Shown here piece by piece: positions 10,098-18,902 of a DNA stretch of 64,000 nucleotides; position 1 is the stretch's first letter, and the number at the start of each line of letters is the position of its first letter. Below the pieces are notes generated by a model. That model was given only the letters and a program-made list of their open reading frames with translations, was not told the origin of the DNA and ran no database searches. This DNA comes from an uncultured Gemmatimonadaceae bacterium (GTDB taxonomy: Bacteria; Gemmatimonadota; Gemmatimonadetes; Gemmatimonadales; Gemmatimonadaceae). Position numbers and translations under genes: made by a program. The DNA is taken from positions 32,001-96,000 of the forward strand of contig CAWHHI010000020.1 of NCBI GenBank assembly GCA_963829055.1, written 5' to 3'.

Positions 10098-10308
10098 TTA
10101 CCGCAGCACGTCGTTGAGCCGCGGGCAGTAGAGCTCCTCTATCGCGCGCAGATGACGCAGCTCGTGGCCGGCGATATGGAACGCCAGGCCGCGCACGGAC
10201 GCCTCGTTGCCGTTCCCAGCGACGTGAGCCACGTCCTCCGCCGCGGACGATGCGAACTCGCCGGGAAGTGGTCGCCCACTCGGCATCCGGGAATATGTCG
10301 TCGTCATT
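10098..10308 (-). pseudogene. DinB-family gene with a large in-frame internal deletion
   Basis: N-terminal RPLPGEFAS..AEDVAHVAG is joined directly to C-terminal NGNEASVRGLAFHIAGHELRHL. Confidence 0.6.
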
Positions 10309-10427
10309 GAGTGTCTTTGTCCGTAACGCCGCTGCGTTTCGCGTTCTTGAAGGGAGGCCACGTCACACGCGTTGAAGCGCGAAGGCGAAGGCGATCAGCA
10401 ACGACCACCAACGACTGGACCATACGT

Positions 10428-10811
10428 ATGCTACACATGCTCACTCATTCTCGCGGCCCGCACCTCCTCGTCGCATCGTTCGTCGCCGTGGCACTCGCCG
10501 CGTGCGGTGGCGACGGCTCGGTCACTGGCCCGGTAGATCAGACGCCGGTGTCAGCAGCAACCGTGCAGGCCACACCGGCGGAGAAGTTCACGCCCGGAAC
10601 GGTGACGGTCGTGCCTGGGGGCACGGTAACGTTCGCCTTCGGGAGCTTGGAGCACAACGTCTTCTTCGACAACGCACCAGCCGGTGCGCCGGCGAACATC
10701 ACGGCGCCGAGCGCGAACAAGAACGTGACGCTCACGTTTCCGACGACGGGGACGTACGCCTACAACTGCCACATCCATCCGGGGATGAAAGGCACGATCA
10801 CAGTGAAGTAG
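10428..10811 (+). CDS. Plastocyanin/azurin-family blue copper lipoprotein
   Basis: LAACGG lipobox. HNVFF and YNCHIHPGMKG supply type-1 Cu ligands. Confidence 0.88.
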   Translation: MLHMLTHSRGPHLLVASFVAVALAACGGDGSVTGPVDQTPVSAATVQATPAEKFTPGTVTVVPGGTVTFAFGSLEHNVFFDNAPAGAPANITAPSANKNVTLTFPTTGTYAYNCHIHPGMKGTITVK

Positions 10812-10900
10812 CACCCGCGTCGCTCGCGGCGGCTCGTGGCTCGTTAGGGCTGTGCCCGGTAGGTGCGGCTCGGGCTGACTCGGACGAATTGGTGCGCGCT

Positions 10901-11116
10901 TCAGGCAGCGACTTCCACGTAGGAAGCGGAAGTACTTGGCGCTGGCACTGGCTGGCCGTTCGCGCGGAGCCCCTCGACGTGGAACGCGATAGCATCTCGC
11001 ATGCTGAGCTCAACGTCGGCGCGCGTGGCGCCGGTTGCGATGCACCCCGGGATGTCGGGCGAGTAGGCGGAGAATCCGGAGGGGGTTGGTTCGATCAGGA
11101 TGACGTAGCGGCGCAT
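10901..11116 (-). CDS. hicB: HicB family antitoxin
   Basis: YVILIEPTPSGFSAYSPDIPGCIATGAT...DAIAFHVEGLR. Confidence 0.9.
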   Translation of the reverse strand: MRRYVILIEPTPSGFSAYSPDIPGCIATGATRADVELSMRDAIAFHVEGLRANGQPVPAPSTSASYVEVAA

Positions 11117-11120
11117 CGGC

Positions 11121-11320
11121 TTACTCCTGCTGGCGGGCGCTGAGGCCTGCTTGCTCGAGGATACTCATCAAGGTACGTCGGGCGAGGTCGTCGTTGCCAG
11201 AGCCCGCGATCGTGACGAGGCCGGGTTTGGTGGGATGCTGAACTGGCGGTGACTACCGCGTGTGCGATCCAAGACCCAGCCGTCATCCGCGAGCAAACGA
11301 AGTACGTCGCGCACTTTCAT
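11121..11320 (-). CDS. hicA: HicA family toxin (frameshift near 11240, absent from ORF track)
   Basis: MKVRDVLRLLADDGWVLDRTRGSHRQF, then in another frame HPTKPGLVTIAGSGNDDLARRTLMSILEQAGL. Confidence 0.85.
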
Positions 11321-11334
11321 GGGATCCCTCGTGA

Positions 11335-11919
11335 CTGGTGCCTTTACCTGGTAGGCGAAAATCGGTCGCCATCGGGGCTCGGGACGACGACCGGCGCCTC
11401 GGCGCTCGGCGGGCCCGCGACACCATCGAATATGACGTTGTACGTGACATTCGATGTGGACGGATCAGGCTTTGCGGCGACGAACTAGACGTGTCGGTCG
11501 TTAGGCGTGAACGAGAGCCGCGAGACAGGTATCGTACCTGCGCCCGTTGCCGATCCACGTCCGAGCTCCTTGCCGTCGACGATCACGACATATTCCTGTC
11601 CGTTGCGACCCGCGTACGCGAAGCGGGTGCCATCGGGCGTCATCACGACTTCGGCGTTGTTGAGAATCTCGTCGAACGGGGGGCCTTCGACGCCATCAAC
11701 GAGCACGACGAATCGGCTTCCCTTGCGGCTGATTGCGGCGACGTGTGCGCCACTGTCGCTCACCAGGAACTTGATTGCGTTCCCTGATGTGGCGACGATC
11801 TGCTCCTCGACCTTCGCGTTGCCAGGCGTCCCCTGTGCATCCGCGTACGAGAAAGCCGACACGAGCCCTGCGGTGATTAGCGCCATACGCGTCGCGTACG
11901 ACCGGATGCGGCGGTTCAT
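11335..11919 (-). pseudogene. Truncated secreted beta-propeller (TolB/WD40-like) protein
   Basis: Signal peptide and VVLVDGVEGPPFD/TPDGTRFAY repeats. In-frame TAG at 11485-11487, after which similar repeats continue until cut off just before hicA. Confidence 0.55.
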
Positions 11920-12018
11920 TGGTGGCGGGGTTGCAGGTGTGGGCTAGCGCGAAAAGCGCCGTCTGGTTCTCTCTTCACCATGCGGAGAACCTGGGCCGAA
12001 CCTGTCAACCGGATTTTT

Positions 12019-12429
12019 TCAGACCCGGCGTTTGCTCGCGGTTGGCTTCGTCGTGGTCGGCGCATCGAGCGCCGCCACCGCACGCTTCGGTGCCACCGCC
12101 CGATAGCTCTCGTCGATCCAGAGCATGCACTGGTCCGTCAGTGCCTTGGTCGCTTTGCCGAGTCGCACGGTCACCCAGCCACTCTTTCCGAGGCCGTACT
12201 CCGTCGGCTTCGCGAACGGCAGCGCGAGCGCCTGGAATCCGGTGCGCGGCAGCTTCACCGAGAAGCTCAGCTCCGTGTCGCCGAGTCGCATGAAGAGGAA
12301 CGTCTTGCCCTTCACCTTGATCGCGCGTTCGCCCCAGGGAAACGCTTCCTCCGACTGCGGATAGCCTAGCGCCCGATCACGCATCGCAGCTTCGAGCTTC
12401 ACGAGTGAGGCGGGAACAGGCATAGTCAT
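12019..12429 (-). CDS. MmcQ/YjbR family DNA-binding protein
   Basis: EEAFPWGERAIKVKGKTFLF, YGLGKSGWV, WIDESYRAVAPKR. Confidence 0.85.
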   Translation of the reverse strand: MTMPVPASLVKLEAAMRDRALGYPQSEEAFPWGERAIKVKGKTFLFMRLGDTELSFSVKLPRTGFQALALPFAKPTEYGLGKSGWVTVRLGKATKALTDQCMLWIDESYRAVAPKRAVAALDAPTTTKPTASKRRV

Positions 12430-12458
12430 GAACTGATTCAGGTAGGACAGAAATAGCG

Positions 12459-12548
12459 GCGCGAAATGCCGAACGGCGCCGAATCCCAGAAAGCGCGGAA
12501 TCCCGAACGGCGCGAAATCCCAGACAGCGCGAAATCCCGAAGAGCGAC
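12459..12548. repeat. Degenerate tandem repeat (~17-18 nt unit GCGCGAAATCCC[A]GAA)
   Basis: About five imperfect units in the intergenic region. Confidence 0.6.
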
Positions 12549-12623
12549 AAAGAGCGAAAAGGCACCGCCGTTGGGTACCGTCTGGCACTTCGCGCTCTTG
12601 TTGCCCTGCGCCGTATACAATCT

Positions 12624-13942
12624 CTATGCTACTCCGTTTTTCATTGCTTTGATGACCCGATCCGCGAACAGATCCACCTCGTCGACCGTCGTGTAGACGT
12701 TCGGCGTGATGCGCATGCCCTTGAACTCGTCCGTCACCATCGGCGTCGTCACGATGTTGTGCTTGCGACAGGAGCCAGCCGCCGAGCTTGCCCATGTCCA
12801 TGCCGTCGATGCCGAAGACGCCGATCGCGCCGCTCGTCGTTCGGGCCGATCGGCGTGATCATCTGCACGCGGTCGCTCGCCGCGAGGAGCTGCTTCGCCC
12901 ACCGGTCGCGCAGGTAGCGCAGCCGCGCGATCTTCCGCTCCATGCCGATACCGCGGTTGAACGCGATCGCGACCGCGATCGCGTTGTGGTTCGCGGCCGG
13001 ATGCGTGCCGATCTCCTCGTACTTCCGGATGTTGTCTTCCTGCTCGACGCCGCCCGCCATGAGCGGCCAGAGCGACTTGATCTTGTCGCGCCGCACGTAG
13101 AGGAAGCCGGTGCCGATCGGCGCGTGCAGCCATTTGTGGAGGCTCGTGCCGTAGTAGTCGGCGCCGAGCTCGTCGCGCGTGAACGGGAAGTGCGCGAACG
13201 CGTGCGCGCCGTCGACGAACACCTGAATGCCCTTCGGCTTCGCGAGCTCGACGATCTCGCGCACCGGCGCGATGTAGCCGGTCATGAAGCTGATGTGCAT
13301 CACCTCGATCACGCGCGTGCGCGGCGTGATCGCGGCCGCGATCTGGCTCGACGTACGACTCCGTGCTCTTCACCGGCGTCTCGATCTTCACCGGCTTGAG
13401 CACGATGCCGTCGCGCCGCTGCGCGCTGCTTCCACGCGTTCTGCATGCGCGGGTAGTTCTGCGTCGTGATAGATCGACTTCGTCGCCGGCCTTGAGGTCG
13501 AGACCGAAGATCATCGTCTCGTTGCGCCTCGGACGCGTTGCGCGTGATCGCCATCTCCTCCGGATCGCAGCCGAACTCCTTCGCCAGGTCGCGGCGCACC
13601 GACTCGATGCGCGGCTCGAGCACGCGCCACATGTGCTCCGATCGGCAGCTCGTTCGAGAACCGGAGGTCTCGAATCATCTGCTCGAGCACGTGCGTCGGC
13701 GCGGGGCTGCAGCCGCCGTTGTTCAGGTTGATCATCGTGCGGTCGAGATCGAACGCGCGCTGGATCTCGCGCCAGTACGTCTCGTCCTCCGCCACCGACA
13801 CGTTCGGCCGACCGGCGGCAATGGGCTCGGCCTGGAGGAGCCGGCGGAAGGCCGATTCGCGCATGACGGGTAGCGACGCGCCCGCACCGATCATCGACGA
13901 GACGAAGGTTCGACGTGTAGTCACAGTAGTCCTTGTGGTCAT
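12624..13942 (-). CDS. Class V PLP-dependent aminotransferase (isopenicillin-N epimerase-like) with Tat signal, multiple frameshifts
   Basis: TRRTF Tat motif, INLNNGGCSP, ITRNASE, VDGAHAF, TSLHKWLHAPIGTG (PLP Lys), RITPNVYTT. Pieces lie in three frames. Confidence 0.85.
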
Positions 13943-14128
13943 GCACCACGTTCGGACGGAAAGGCCGCTCGATCAAGGGTGGTACGCGTGTATCGGGTGT
14001 TACGACGGGACCCACGCTGACTGTCCTATTCCCAACCGTCTGGCGGTGCCCCCCTCGCGCCCGTAACGTTGGCGCTACCCAAACTGGTCGAACTTACGGC
14101 CAGTTACCCGAACGAGCGAGTCAGTCCT

Positions 14129-16062
14129 ATGACGCGATGGATCTCCTACGCCGCTGTCGCTGTCCTCGCCGTTGCACGCCCGACACCACCACCACTCGAC
14201 ACCGTCTCACCTAACGACAATCGACGAGCCGCCGGCACGCTCGACAGGGGAGTGCTCACCGTCGCGCTCGAGGCACGATCCGGCGAGTGGCGTCCCGAAG
14301 GCGAGAACGGACGAGCGGTGGACGTGGCCGCGTTCGCCGAGGAGGGCAAGCCACTCTCGACGCCAGGGCCGCTGATTCGTGTGCCGGTCGGGACGCAGAT
14401 TCACGCGACCATCCGCAACCGCCTCGACAAGCCGCTCATCGTCTACGGCTTCGGCAAGACGCGCGGCCTCTCGGATAGCGTCATCGTGCCCGTGGGCACG
14501 TCCATGCCGGTGTCCTTCACGGCCGACGCCGCGGGGACCTACTACTATCTGGCCAAACGGGGAGTGGACATCGTCGGCGGCCGTCCGTCCGAGGATACTC
14601 AGCTCCACGGGTTGATTGTCGTGGAACCGGCCGGCGCGCGACGTGACGCCGCCGACCGCATCATGGCGCTCTCGTGGTGGTGCAACGTCAATCCGGCGAG
14701 CCGCACCGGCCTGTCGCGCTGCACGATGACGATGAACGGTCTGTCGTGGCCGCACACCGAACGCCTCGAATACACGCAGGGCGATTCCATTCGCTGGCGG
14801 GTGGCGAACTTCACGGAGCTCGACCACCCGATGCATCTCCACGGATTCTTCTTCCGTGCCGATGCGAAGGGCGACGGCGTGCGCGACACGGTCTACGCGC
14901 CGAGTCAGCGCCGGATGGGCGTGACCGAAGTGATGAAGCCGTTCCAGACACTGTCGCTCGCGTGGAAGGCGGACCGCCCGGGCAACTGGATCTATCACTG
15001 CCACTACGCGGTGCACCTCTCGGGGCTCGTCGCACTCGACACCGAGGACGGTGGCCTCGACACGACGATGCTGTCGCATCACGAATCGGACCGACCGCAT
15101 CAGAATGTTCGGGCTCGTCATGGGGATTACCGTCGCGCCGAAGGGCCCGCAGGCGCGCCTATACCGGCCCGACCCGCGAGATCCGCATTCTGCAGCGCGA
15201 GAAGCCTAACGTGTACGGCGATCAGCCGGGAATGTCGTTCGTGCTCGACGGGACGCCTGACGCGACGAACCCCGACGCGCTGACCATTCCCGGCCCGACA
15301 CTCGTGCTCGAGCGCGGCAAGCGCGTGGCCGTGACGATCGTCAACCAGTCGAACGATCACGCCGCCGTGCACTGGCACGGCATCGAGCTCGAGAGCTATC
15401 CCGACGGCGTGCCCGGATGGAGTGGATCGGGCACGAACATCCTCCCGGCGATCGCGCCACACGACTCGCTCACGGTGCGGTGGGTTCCGCCGCACAGTGG
15501 GTCATTCATGTACCACTCGCATTTCGCGGAAGTGAAGCAGATGGGCAGCGGGTTGTACGGTCCGATCATCGTGGTGGAACCGGGACAACGGTTCGATCCC
15601 GAGACGGACAAGGTGCTGTTCTTCGGCACGGCGGGCTCGCCGCAGAACGTCGTGTTCGGGCCTTTCCCCGAGTTCGTCATGAACGGGAAGCGGCAGCCGG
15701 ACGCAATGACCTTCAAGGCGGGAACGCGCTATCGGTTCCGTCTGTTCAATCTGGCGGGTGACAGTCCAATGGAAGTGTCGCTGAACGCGGGCGGTGCGCC
15801 GGTCAAATGGCGCGCGGTGGCGAAGGACGGCTATGCGTTGCCGCCGTCGCAGGCGACGGTGCGGCCGGCGACGCTGATCTTCGACCCGGGGGAGATCTAT
15901 GATTTCGAGATCACACCGTCGGCCGCGGGCGAGCTGGTGCTGAAGTTCGGCGTGCCGTCGTACATGATCCCGCCGCCGCCCGCGCCGGGCGCACCGCCCC
16001 CTCAGGGCCCGGTCCCGGCGCCACCGCCACCGATCATCAGCGTGCCGATCCACGTGCGGTGA
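14129..16062 (+). CDS. Secreted multicopper oxidase domain protein (frameshift near 15107)
   Basis: HPMHLHG, WIYHCHYAVH, VHWHG and YHSH copper motifs. Pro-rich tail. Confidence 0.85.
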
Positions 16063-16110
16063 TTGCCTGAGGACGAAATGGAAGGTATGGGAAGGTATGG
16101 GGAAGGTATG

Positions 16111-16187
16111 GAGTCAGACTCGAGTCTGACTCGATTTGTAGCGTTCTGTTGCTACGTAATTGGGGTCAGACTCGAGTCTGACCCCAA
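16111..16187. repeat. REP doublet (family 1)
   Basis: GAGTCAGACTCGAGTCTGACTC (16111-16132) and TTGGGGTCAGACTCGAGTCTGACCCCAA (16160-16187), preceded by three GGAAGGTATG units. Confidence 0.9.
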
Positions 16188-16218
16188 ACTCCCAAACTCC
16201 TGCGATGATACGGTACCG

Positions 16219-16935
16219 TTAGGCGATCCGCTCGTACCACGCCAACGGCTCCGGAAGCTCCTCGGCCGCGAAGTCCAGGTGCACCACCCGACGGTGGCCC
16301 GGCACCGTCGCCTGCGACGACGCGTGCAGGATCAACGGACGCAGCGCGAGGATCGCGCCCCGTTCCGCGACGCAATCGACTGACGGGCTTCCGTTGCGCC
16401 AGGCGTCGATCGCCGACGCCGACAGTTGGCCCACACGGTGCGACCGCGCGAGTACGCGCACGGGACCATTCTCAGGACCACAGTCGTCCAGATGAATACG
16501 GACGGCGAGCATCCGCTCGAGAATCTCGATCGGCGGCTGCACGTGCGTGACGCCCGCCTTCTCGCTCCACGGCCCGAAGCCGGCGGTGATGACGCGCGAG
16601 TGAACCGCGATCGTCAGGTCCTGATGCCACATGACCTTCGAATTCGCGGCCGCTGTCGTGTCGAACAGGATCCCGCGGACCGCGAAACAGTGCGGGCCCA
16701 GCACCGCCTCGGCTACCTGCCTCACCGCCGCCGACGTCGCGAGATCGCGCACCGCAGCAGACACCTCGAACAGGTTGCGGATGCCACCGCGTGCGACCTC
16801 CGGATCGGTCAACCCCGACAGCTCCGCCGCGAGCCGATCGACCATGAGTTGAGGAACCACCGGTCCCGTCCTCGCGAACCCGTCCTGCTCGATCGCGGCC
16901 GCGACCTGTGATTGCTCCACCGTACTCAACTCCAC
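16219..16935 (-). CDS. Phytanoyl-CoA dioxygenase (PhyH) family Fe(II)/2OG oxygenase
   Basis: WHQDLTIAV, RIHLDDCGPENGP, LILHASS, RRVVHL. Confidence 0.88.
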   Translation of the reverse strand: MELSTVEQSQVAAAIEQDGFARTGPVVPQLMVDRLAAELSGLTDPEVARGGIRNLFEVSAAVRDLATSAAVRQVAEAVLGPHCFAVRGILFDTTAAANSKVMWHQDLTIAVHSRVITAGFGPWSEKAGVTHVQPPIEILERMLAVRIHLDDCGPENGPVRVLARSHRVGQLSASAIDAWRNGSPSVDCVAERGAILALRPLILHASSQATVPGHRRVVHLDFAAEELPEPLAWYERIA

Positions 16936-17010
16936 GCGGCACTCCGGCTGGCGGTATGACGAAGCTTAGTGCTTCTTCTCTTGTTCGGGGTCCGATGGAG
17001 CAGAGCGATC

Positions 17011-18360
17011 ATGGCCATCTCGAATTTTTCTGTAGACGATACGATACGCGGATCCCTTGCGCCCGGGTACGAGCGCGTGGGCGACGTGTTCCGCGGCTTC
17101 ATCGACAACAGGTGGGACACGGGCGCGGGCGTGTCGGTCTACGTCCGCGGTGAGCCCGTCGTGCGGCTCACCGGCGGCGCGCGCATCTCGGCCACCACCG
17201 CCGGCGTCGGCAACGATATCGCTCACGCGCTTCCTTATGACGACCAGACCATCCAACTCGTCGCGTCGGCCACGAAGTTCGTCGAGTCGCTCTGCGTGAT
17301 GATGCTCGTCGACCGCGGCCTTCTGAGCTACGACGACCGCATCGTCGACCACTGGCCGGGGTTCGCCGGGGGCCATGCAGGAAAGGAGCAGGTCACTGTC
17401 CGCCAGCTCATGATGCACCGCGCTGGCCTCCCGGTATTCGAACGAAAGCTCGGCGACGAGGAGCTGTTCGATCACAACGCGCGCGCCCGCTTCCTCGAGC
17501 GGCAGCCGCAGGTCGCGGAGCTGTTCGAGCCCGAGCCGGGTGACGGGACGTGGCGGACGCAGCACCCTGCCCCGCCGCAGGCCTATCACGCGGTGTCGCG
17601 CGGACTCTACTCGTCCGAGCTGCTGCGCTGCGTCGATCCCCAGCATCGCCGCCTTGGGGTCTTCTTCCGCGACGAGATCGCTGAGCCGCTCGGCATCGAC
17701 TTCTGGATCGGCCTGCCTGACGAGAACGCCGCGCGCATCTCGGCGACCCGTCCCGATCCGACGGTGATCATGCGTCTCATGTCAGGCGACGTGGGGTCAC
17801 TGATCGGATCGGGAGATCCGCGTTATGCGCTGCATAACTACGAGGTCGCGTTTCTGACGCAGCTGCTCACGGCACCAGACTCGATCCCGAGCCGAGCGCT
17901 CAATTGTCTGGCGCCGAGTGGTGTGGCGCCGCAGGAGCTGGCGAATCATCCGAAGTTACGCGGGTGCGAGCTCGCGTCTTCGAGCGGCTTCGGCAGTGCG
18001 GACGCGCTCGCCCGACTGGCGGTACTCGTCGCGTCGGGTGGATCGTTAGGCAGCGTGCGGATCTTCTCGTCCGACCGTACGCTTCGCGACGCGATCGAGC
18101 CGGCGGGCGGGTACGCAGCGGACGGCATGATGCTCACTCCGGTCGCGTTCACGCAGGGCGGCTTCGGGCGCTTCGTGCACGAGACGACACAGACGACGAG
18201 CATCGGCTGGGGTGGCGCGGGCGGGCAGATGGTGCGCTTCGTCCCTGATCTGGACCTGGCGATCGGGTACGTGACGAACACGCTGGGCTCGCGCATGGCG
18301 ATGAACGATCCGCGCGGGCTCATGCTGCTCGCTGCGGCAACCCAGTGCGCGAGTGCGTGA
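17011..18360 (+). CDS. Serine hydrolase (beta-lactamase class C / EstA-like)
   Basis: SATK motif, TVRQLMMHRAGL, YHA, GWGGAGG. Confidence 0.85.
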   Translation: MAISNFSVDDTIRGSLAPGYERVGDVFRGFIDNRWDTGAGVSVYVRGEPVVRLTGGARISATTAGVGNDIAHALPYDDQTIQLVASATKFVESLCVMMLVDRGLLSYDDRIVDHWPGFAGGHAGKEQVTVRQLMMHRAGLPVFERKLGDEELFDHNARARFLERQPQVAELFEPEPGDGTWRTQHPAPPQAYHAVSRGLYSSELLRCVDPQHRRLGVFFRDEIAEPLGIDFWIGLPDENAARISATRPDPTVIMRLMSGDVGSLIGSGDPRYALHNYEVAFLTQLLTAPDSIPSRALNCLAPSGVAPQELANHPKLRGCELASSSGFGSADALARLAVLVASGGSLGSVRIFSSDRTLRDAIEPAGGYAADGMMLTPVAFTQGGFGRFVHETTQTTSIGWGGAGGQMVRFVPDLDLAIGYVTNTLGSRMAMNDPRGLMLLAAATQCASA

Positions 18361-18552
18361 CATTGTAATGGCGAGCGTCATCCATCGCGCCGCGGGCAGA
18401 GGCGAACGCGCGACTCCAACAGGACGCAGAACTCGCAGACGCTGTCGCGCCCGAAGCAGAAGGAGCGACAACGGACCGCTCTGGGACATGTCGCGGTCCG
18501 CCAAGCTTCTGGCCACAGGGATCACCTTCGGGACGCATCGGCCTGCGCGATC

Positions 18553-18788
18553 GCTTCGCTATCGCTCGGGATGACACACACGGCCGCGGGCAGGCGAATG
18601 CGTCCCGAGCGGCGGGTTTCTGCGTTCCTCTGCGTTACGGCCGCGTCAGCGGCGCCTGCGCATTCTGCGTGCGCTGTCGGACCCGAGACCCACCTGTATT
18701 CGCATGAAGGGCACGCCAACGAGAACGATCGAGAAGCTCTCTCGTCATGCACCGCCCGCGGCTGGTTCCCGCGCTCCTCGGAATGACA
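18553..18788. repeat. Two isolated family-2 half sites
   Basis: CGCTCGGGATGACAC (~18563-18577) and CTCGGAATGACA (~18777-18788). Confidence 0.5.
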
Positions 18789-18902
18789 TTGCCGCTCTGA
18801 CTCGCCTATGACCACGATCTGACAGCCGACGCTGGCGAGCGCGTTCGCGGACGACGACGTTGCGTAGACCACCCCGTGACGCGTGCGTCAGGAGGCAACC
18901 TC

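Noticed and set aside
11485..11487. In-frame TAG as pyrrolysine or programmed read-through
   Set aside because: The gene is truncated shortly after, no pyl genes are present, and the family is not a known Pyl carrier. A nonsense mutation or error is simpler.
17011..18360. Serine hydrolases (also 50199-51557) and the APH-like remnant as antibiotic-resistance genes
   Set aside because: They show only superfamily-level motifs, and these families are mostly esterases, peptidases and small-molecule kinases.
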